Below, piece after piece: positions 58,568-64,000 of a stretch of DNA of 64,000 bases (positions are counted from its first letter, which is position 1; the number at the start of each line of letters is the position of its first letter). Origin of the DNA: an uncultured Bacilli bacterium (GTDB taxonomy: Bacteria; Bacillota_I; Bacilli_A; RF39; UBA660); contig CANQHE010000001.1 of NCBI GenBank assembly GCA_947623735.1, positions 18,687-82,686 of the forward strand, written 5' to 3'. The position numbers and the translations under genes are program-made. The notes under the pieces were generated by a model. It ran no database searches. It worked only from the letters and a program-made list of their open reading frames with translations, and was not told the DNA's origin.

Positions 58568-59464
58568 TTATTTCTTATCTTTCATTATTTCACTAAGCGC
58601 GGCCCCAAAAGTTGCTACATCCCCTAAATTCGCGGGAATTATTAATTTTGTTGCTTGCCCATCAGCTACTTTACCTAAAGCATCTAAACTTTTTAACGTA
58701 AGTACGGCATTATCAGCTTTAGCACCTTTAAGTAGTTCTATTCCTTTAGCTTCGGCTTCTTTTATTTTAAGCATCGCCTCCGCTTCTCCTTCAGCAATCT
58801 TAATTTGACTCTCTTTTTGAGCTTCAGCTCGCAGAATAGCACTTTCTTTTTCACCTTCGGCAATTAAAATACTTGATTTCTTCTCTCCTTCAGCTTGTAA
58901 TATTTTTTCTCTTCGCTCTCTTTCAGCCCGCATTTGTTTTTCCATCGCTTCTTGAATATCTCTAGGAGGAATTATATTTTTAACTTCCACTCTATTTACT
59001 TTTATTCCCCAAGGGTCTGTGGCTTCATCTAATATTGACCTCATTTTCCCATTAATAATATCTCTACTAGTAAGGGTTTGATCAAGCTCTAACTCGCCAA
59101 TAATATTTCTAAGGGTTGTCGCGGTCAAATTTTCAATCGCTGATACGGGAGCATCCACCCCATAAGTATATAACTTTGGGTCTGTAATTTGAAAATATAC
59201 TACTGTATCTATCTGCATCGTTACATTATCTTTAGTTATTACTGGTTGGGGAGCGAAATCTTTCACTGTTTCTTTTAAACTAACTACTTTTGCTACCCTA
59301 TCTATAAAAGGCATTTTAAAATGTAACCCATTTTGCCACGTTGTATAATAACTTCCTAATCTTTCAATAACATATGCCTTTGCTTGAGGCACAATTTTGA
59401 TATTTGGTATAACAATAATTGCTACTATTACTAAAATTGCAATAAATACTTCCATTTTATTCAT
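58568..59464 (-). CDS. SPFH/band 7 (stomatin-prohibitin-like) membrane protein
   Basis: N-terminal TM plus SPFH domain and a C-terminal coiled coil (AEGEKESAILRAEAQKESQIKIAEGEAEA). Confidence 0.8.
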   Translation of the reverse strand: MNKMEVFIAILVIVAIIVIPNIKIVPQAKAYVIERLGSYYTTWQNGLHFKMPFIDRVAKVVSLKETVKDFAPQPVITKDNVTMQIDTVVYFQITDPKLYTYGVDAPVSAIENLTATTLRNIIGELELDQTLTSRDIINGKMRSILDEATDPWGIKVNRVEVKNIIPPRDIQEAMEKQMRAERERREKILQAEGEKKSSILIAEGEKESAILRAEAQKESQIKIAEGEAEAMLKIKEAEAKGIELLKGAKADNAVLTLKSLDALGKVADGQATKLIIPANLGDVATFGAALSEIMKDKK

Positions 59465-59897
59465 CCTTCCTTACTACTAATTTTACACCATCGATAGCCA
59501 TTATTATGACTTCTTCGCCTTCTTTTATTACACTATCACTTAAAGCACTCCATCTTTTGCCATCGACTTTTACTTCGCCAACTTTATTCTTTTTTATCTC
59601 TTCGGTTACAATTCCTCGCATTCCCACCACTCTATCAAGATTGGTTTTAACTTCATCTCTTGTAAGTCTTTTAACTAAAAATGGTCTTGTAATAAGCATT
59701 AAAGCTAAACCTAAAGAAACAAAAACTGCGAATTGAATATAAAACTGACTGACAAAAAACGACAAAAATAAACTAACTAAAGCACTAGCAATAAACCATA
59801 CACTAACTAAATTTATTGTCATCGCTTCTATTATTGTTAAAAGTATCACTATAACTAGCCATAACACCCACATCATATAATCACCTCTTAACCCCAT
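59457..59897 (-). CDS. NfeD-family membrane protein, partner of the SPFH protein
   Basis: 146 aa with 3 TM plus a C-terminal OB-fold-like domain. Overlaps the SPFH gene start. Confidence 0.7.
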   Translation of the reverse strand: MGLRGDYMMWVLWLVIVILLTIIEAMTINLVSVWFIASALVSLFLSFFVSQFYIQFAVFVSLGLALMLITRPFLVKRLTRDEVKTNLDRVVGMRGIVTEEIKKNKVGEVKVDGKRWSALSDSVIKEGEEVIIMAIDGVKLVVRKDE

Positions 59898-59951
59898 TAT
59901 ACGTTACAAACCTTAAAAAAACAAGTATATTTTCTTATACTTGCTTAAAAT

Positions 59952-61715
59952 TTATTTTATGACTTTTTTATAAATAAATGGTATAGCAACAAGTATTACA
60001 TTACATACTACTAACCCATACATATACCGATATTCATTATATACTGGTGCCGCGATCATATTTGTAAACCATAACCCAAATAAAGGTAAATATATAGCAA
60101 ATATTCTTTTATCGACTTTCGTATATAGTGATAACATAAAACTAAGTATTAAAAGAACAAAGGAAAATCCTAAACTCCAAACCATCATTACAAGTGGTAA
60201 ATTTTTAGAGGTACTACTCATAATTGCTCTTCTAACAATTGAAGGAGCTAAACTCTTTTTATAAATTCCATACTGGGTAACATCATATACTTCTAAAGTC
60301 GTATCACTACTTTCTCTAACACTTACATAAGCTGAATCAGGATACCAATATCCCAAAGTTGATGTAAGATAAGCTTCTACATAAGTTGTCGGATTATTTA
60401 GAAATGTTTTAAACCAATATTTAAAGAAATCTTTTTGAGTTTCTTTTAAGATAGTACTATCTGTTAAATCTTTAACTGGATCTGCTATCCAAGTTTTATA
60501 TTCTTCCTCTAAATTATCAGTATTAATTAATTTTTTAAAATATTCATCACTTTCTTTATCAACATACCCTTTATTTACATATACTCTTCCTACTTGTTGT
60601 AATAAAATCGAATAAGATTCGGCTGTTCTACTATAAGTAACCCCTATCATTTTATAAATAGGTCCCGTAATAATATAAAAAGCACTAACTAACACTAACG
60701 CACTTATAGGAATAATTTTATGTTTTTTAAAATAAACAAGTAAGAATACTAATAAAGCTAAAATATATACATATATCCCATTATTTCTAAAGAATAATAT
60801 CATCATGGAACTTAGAAGAAATACTATATAATTACCTCTAGTTACTTTATCTTTATCAACGATATTTAAAATAGCTAAACTAAAAGGAATAAAAGCTACT
60901 CCAAATAAAACATCTTTCCATAAAGTAACACTCATATATCCAAAATCCGGGGCAAAACTAAAATATAAAACTAAAATATAAGTTATAATTTTAGGTACTC
61001 CTTTTTTATTTAAATAAGTTATTACACTCGTAAGTATTACCGCGATAATAATTATTTGGACAATTATATAAAAACATATTCCCATTGTTCCACTATTAAA
61101 TAAAGTTTTTCCTATTTTATAAATAGTTCCAAAAAAGTAAGTAAAAGCAAGCGGATGATGATTAATTAATAATCCTTTTTCATACCAATTTATAATATCT
61201 AAAGAATCTATTGTCATTACTCCGGGGAAAAAGGTAAGTAAATAAGGTATTTTCCCGAGTACTATTAAAATAAAAGAATATAATGCTAACTTTTTACTAT
61301 TAATGACTTCCTTTTTATCTAACTTATAATTCATAACAAATTTTATTAAATAACAAATTAAAACATATATAAATGGTATTAAAAATATTGTAAAACCAAA
61401 TCCTAAAAAGACATTTTTAAAATTAATAAAATTTGCTGTTGCACTCCCCAAATATTTTTTTACTGTTCTTCCTAAAATAAGAATAATTGCTAAAACAACT
61501 GATGTTCCTAAAGCATACTTTTTCCCTCTCTTATCCAAAGTTTTATTATCAAACCTTTTAAATAAAATATATATTCCTACAAAAGCGATTAAATATAATA
61601 TCTTATAACTATTAAAGTCATGATAAGCATCAATTTGATATAATATGGCACTATAAGAAAGTAATGCTATAACTAAAGGATTCATTATTAATTCTTTTAT
61701 TTTATTTTTCATCTT
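59952..61715 (-). CDS. large polytopic membrane protein (possible YfhO/ArnT-like glycosyltransferase); function unassigned
   Basis: Likely start is MKNKIKELIMNPL (~61715); the track's extension to 61817 overlaps ogt. More than 12 TM helices with a C-terminal extracytoplasmic domain. Confidence 0.45.
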   Translation of the reverse strand, partial: KMKNKIKELIMNPLVIALLSYSAILYQIDAYHDFNSYKILYLIAFVGIYILFKRFDNKTLDKRGKKYALGTSVVLAIILILGRTVKKYLGSATANFINFKNVFLGFGFTIFLIPFIYVLICYLIKFVMNYKLDKKEVINSKKLALYSFILIVLGKIPYLLTFFPGVMTIDSLDIINWYEKGLLINHHPLAFTYFFGTIYKIGKTLFNSGTMGICFYIIVQIIIIAVILTSVITYLNKKGVPKIITYILVLYFSFAPDFGYMSVTLWKDVLFGVAFIPFSLAILNIVDKDKVTRGNYIVFLLSSMMILFFRNNGIYVYILALLVFLLVYFKKHKIIPISALVLVSAFYIITGPIYKMIGVTYSRTAESYSILLQQVGRVYVNKGYVDKESDEYFKKLINTDNLEEEYKTWIADPVKDLTDSTILKETQKDFFKYWFKTFLNNPTTYVEAYLTSTLGYWYPDSAYVSVRESSDTTLEVYDVTQYGIYKKSLAPSIVRRAIMSSTSKNLPLVMMVWSLGFSFVLLILSFMLSLYTKVDKRIFAIYLPLFGLWFTNMIAAPVYNEYRYMYGLVVCNVILVAIPFIYKKVIK

Positions 61716-62191
61716 CCAAAAACTCCTTCCGCATTTTCTAATTCTAATAAATTTATTTTGATTCCAATATCTTTTCCAAAACCCCCAATCCCATGCGAAG
61801 CCACTACTCTGTGGCAAGGCACAATTATTAAGATTCTATTTTTATGACAAACATTTCCAACAGCTCTCATCGCTTTAGGACTCCCACTTAAGGCTGCTAA
61901 ATCTCCATAACTTACTGTTTTCCCGTAAGGTATCTTTCGCATTTTATTCCAAACTTTCTTTTGAAAAAGCGTTCCCTTTAATTTTATTGGAATATCAAAA
62001 CTTTTTCTTTTCCCTAAAAAATATTCTTCCAACTCTCTTTTGGTTTTTATTATTAGTTCCGTTTCTTTTAATTTATACCCATCGATTTCTTTATCCAAAG
62101 TAATATCGGTAATAAAACCTTTATCTTCGGCGATTAAAAATTCATAACCCCCAATTACATATTTATAATAATACATATCTTTTTCCCTCAA
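61709..62191 (-). CDS. ogt: methylated-DNA--protein-cysteine methyltransferase
   Basis: 160 aa with the PCHRVV active-site motif and YGDLAALSGSPKAMRAVG. Confidence 0.85.
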   Translation of the reverse strand: MREKDMYYYKYVIGGYEFLIAEDKGFITDITLDKEIDGYKLKETELIIKTKRELEEYFLGKRKSFDIPIKLKGTLFQKKVWNKMRKIPYGKTVSYGDLAALSGSPKAMRAVGNVCHKNRILIIVPCHRVVASHGIGGFGKDIGIKINLLELENAEGVFGR

Positions 62192-63077
62192 CTAAAGGTT
62201 TTATTTCCCTTTTCTTTATGATTGGCATACTTATATCTGGTATATCTTCTTTCTTAATATTTAAAAATATATCCAATAACTCTCTTAATTCACAATCATA
62301 TCTTGCCATACTCTTAACAATCTCCATAGCCCTACTTTCTCCTATTTTATATAAATCATCATAACTTATTTTCTTTAAAATAAATTTTCTTGTAATATCT
62401 GCCAAAATAAGCATCATATAAGTATCATCTTTCGTATGACAATATAAATCAATTTTTCTATTAAGTTCATACACCATCTTGCATACTTCTCTACTTTTAA
62501 AACTAAGTTCTTCTTCCCCATTTTCATTTATAACAACTATCATATCATTTAAAATCTTATCAACATCTTCTAATTTTAAATCTTTAGTCCAAGCAAGACT
62601 TGTTAAAATAATACCATCAATTCTATCAGCACATAACTTTGGTCTTTCATTATCTACAATTGAATACTTTTTAAAATCTATTTCCGAAAGAGTTAAATTA
62701 TCTTCTTTAAGTAATTCTCTTAACTTTAAATCATTCGCGAGTATTTCCCCCGTTTTCTCTTCCGTTGATTCTTGTACTACAAAATCTTGATTCATATAAT
62801 CAATTACATGCGAAAATATCGGAGTTGCAATATCATGGAATAAAGCGGCTATTGTCGCTTTTTTATTTTTACTATAACGCCAAGTAATTAAAGCCGTTGA
62901 AAGAGAATGATGATATCTACTAATATAGATAGAAAAATTATATATATCTAAAGATGCATAATCCATTCCACAGAAATACCCAATATCTTTAAGTCTTAAT
63001 AAACATGGTACATCTAAATATTTCTTTAAAAAATCTGGTATTTCCCCTATTTTATTTATATAATCTTCTATTTTCAT
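62163..63077 (-). CDS. HD-domain phosphohydrolase
   Basis: HDIATPIFSH motif (H...HD) near the N-terminus. Confidence 0.6.
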   Translation of the reverse strand: MKIEDYINKIGEIPDFLKKYLDVPCLLRLKDIGYFCGMDYASLDIYNFSIYISRYHHSLSTALITWRYSKNKKATIAALFHDIATPIFSHVIDYMNQDFVVQESTEEKTGEILANDLKLRELLKEDNLTLSEIDFKKYSIVDNERPKLCADRIDGIILTSLAWTKDLKLEDVDKILNDMIVVINENGEEELSFKSREVCKMVYELNRKIDLYCHTKDDTYMMLILADITRKFILKKISYDDLYKIGESRAMEIVKSMARYDCELRELLDIFLNIKKEDIPDISMPIIKKREIKPLVEGKRYVLL

Positions 63078-63092
63078 AATACGCCTATAAAA

Positions 63093-64000
63093 CTATGACC
63101 TTTTTACACTTATATTAACCGCATGACCATTAATATCTACTAAAGCTTTTAATTCTTCATTATAATTTATTTCTACTGCCAAAGTTTCTTTCGCAACATA
63201 ATCTTTAAATACTTTTAAAGCTTCTTTAATATCTTCGTCCCCATTATAATCAATAATTATTCTATCACTGACATTATAATCTTCTGTTTTCCGCATATTT
63301 TGGACTTTAGATACTATTTCTCTTGCTATTCCCTCAAGTACTAATTCATGACTTAATTCGGTATTTAAAATAATAAAATTATTATCTTCCATCCCCACAT
63401 TAAATCCTTCTTTTGAAGATATTCTAATATCTACCATCTCTCTATTTACTTCTACTTTTTCTCCGGCAATATCCATTATAATTACTTCATTATTATTAAG
63501 TTTCGTAATATCTTCTTTCTTTAAATCATTTAATTTTTCGCCAAACTCTTTTATCTTAGCTCCCATTGTTTTTCCAACTACTTTAAAGTTAGGTTTAATA
63601 GTAAAATCCATATACTCTTCTAAATTATTTACAAATACTACTTCTTTAACATTTAATTCTTCTTTTATTAAAGGTACTAAATCTTTTAAAATAGCTTCAT
63701 TACTACCATCTATTAATGCTTCTTTAAGTGGTTGTCTAACCTTTATTTTAGCTTCTTCTCTAACCATTCTCCCCACACTTATAAGTAACCGTACTAAATC
63801 CATCTTATCTTCTAATTCTTTATCAATATATTTTTCTACAACTTCCGGATAATCAGCTAAATGAACTGATTCTTCATTGGTTAAATTGCGATACATTTCT
63901 TCACTTAAGAAGGGAACAATCGGTGCCATTAATTTAGCTAAGCCCACTAAAACTTCATAAGTTGTAATATAAACAGCTTTTTTCGAATCATCTAAACTAT
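63093..64000 (-). CDS. ileS: isoleucyl-tRNA synthetase, C-terminal part only (runs off the window end); type-2-like C-terminus without Zn finger
   Basis: ...KLMAPIVPFLSEEMYRNL... is the anticodon-binding-domain motif. C-terminal ELSHELVLEGIAREIVSKVQNMRKTEDYNVSDRII resembles IleRS C-terminal junction domains. The reading frame continues open past 63947 to the window end. Confidence 0.6.
   Translation of the reverse strand, partial: SLDDSKKAVYITTYEVLVGLAKLMAPIVPFLSEEMYRNLTNEESVHLADYPEVVEKYIDKELEDKMDLVRLLISVGRMVREEAKIKVRQPLKEALIDGSNEAILKDLVPLIKEELNVKEVVFVNNLEEYMDFTIKPNFKVVGKTMGAKIKEFGEKLNDLKKEDITKLNNNEVIIMDIAGEKVEVNREMVDIRISSKEGFNVGMEDNNFIILNTELSHELVLEGIAREIVSKVQNMRKTEDYNVSDRIIIDYNGDEDIKEALKVFKDYVAKETLAVEINYNEELKALVDINGHAVNISVKRS

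Noticed and set aside
1-64000. CRISPR arrays, transposases, integrases, prophage.
   Set aside because: No regularly spaced 25-40 nt direct repeats with unique spacers were seen. The only tandem repeats are the ~321-bp cassette units (45940-46445) and the paralog promoters/terminators. No ORF shows DDE transposase, tyrosine/serine recombinase or phage structural motifs, so the adhesin island cannot be called a mobile element from this window, despite the adjacent tRNA-Ser.
1-64000. Mollicute-type genetic code (TGA=Trp), suggested by the very low GC.
   Set aside because: Long ORFs are intact with the standard code and terminate at TAA/TAG/TGA consistently. The presence of ger genes and sortase substrates fits a walled, spore-forming Firmicute.

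Overview
This is an AT-rich (~28% GC) window from a spore-forming low-GC Firmicute using the standard genetic code; long ORFs show no in-frame TGA problems. Almost everything is on the minus strand. Conserved backbone genes are rplT-rpmI-infC, rpsU-yqeY, rpsB-tsf...frr, a gerA-C-B germination operon, phosphoketolase, rpoZ, ogt, a partial ileS, and tRNA-Ser, tRNA-Ala, tRNA-Pro and tRNA-Arg. These are interrupted by accessory loci, which I rank as follows. (1) A ~23 kb island (13.1-36.6 kb) carries at least seven paralogous sortase-anchored beta-helix surface proteins, a 1663-aa secreted giant, a Big_2 protein and an M-protein-like coiled-coil protein, and ends in a class B sortase. Eight promoters in this island each carry a G9-G10 homopolymer exactly inside the -35/-10 spacer, which is always 19 nt in this assembly. 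That is a textbook slipped-strand phase-variation layout applied to a whole adhesin family. (2) A bacteriocin locus has three tandem double-glycine-leader peptides overlapping at TAATG junctions, plus a C39-peptidase ABC exporter that appears to start at an ATA codon. (3) Two paralogous N-terminally anchored unknown extracytoplasmic proteins sit next to tandem orphan 3' cassettes homologous to their C-termini, which may be silent cassettes. (4) Four paralogous ~150-aa tandem-HTH (XRE) regulators each lie divergent to one of these accessory loci. (5) Ribosomal proteins S2 and L20 both carry the same K/E-rich linker plus a Rho_N-like C-terminal module. The ORF track missed the bacteriocin peptides, which are under 60 aa, so they were found by reading the sequence.
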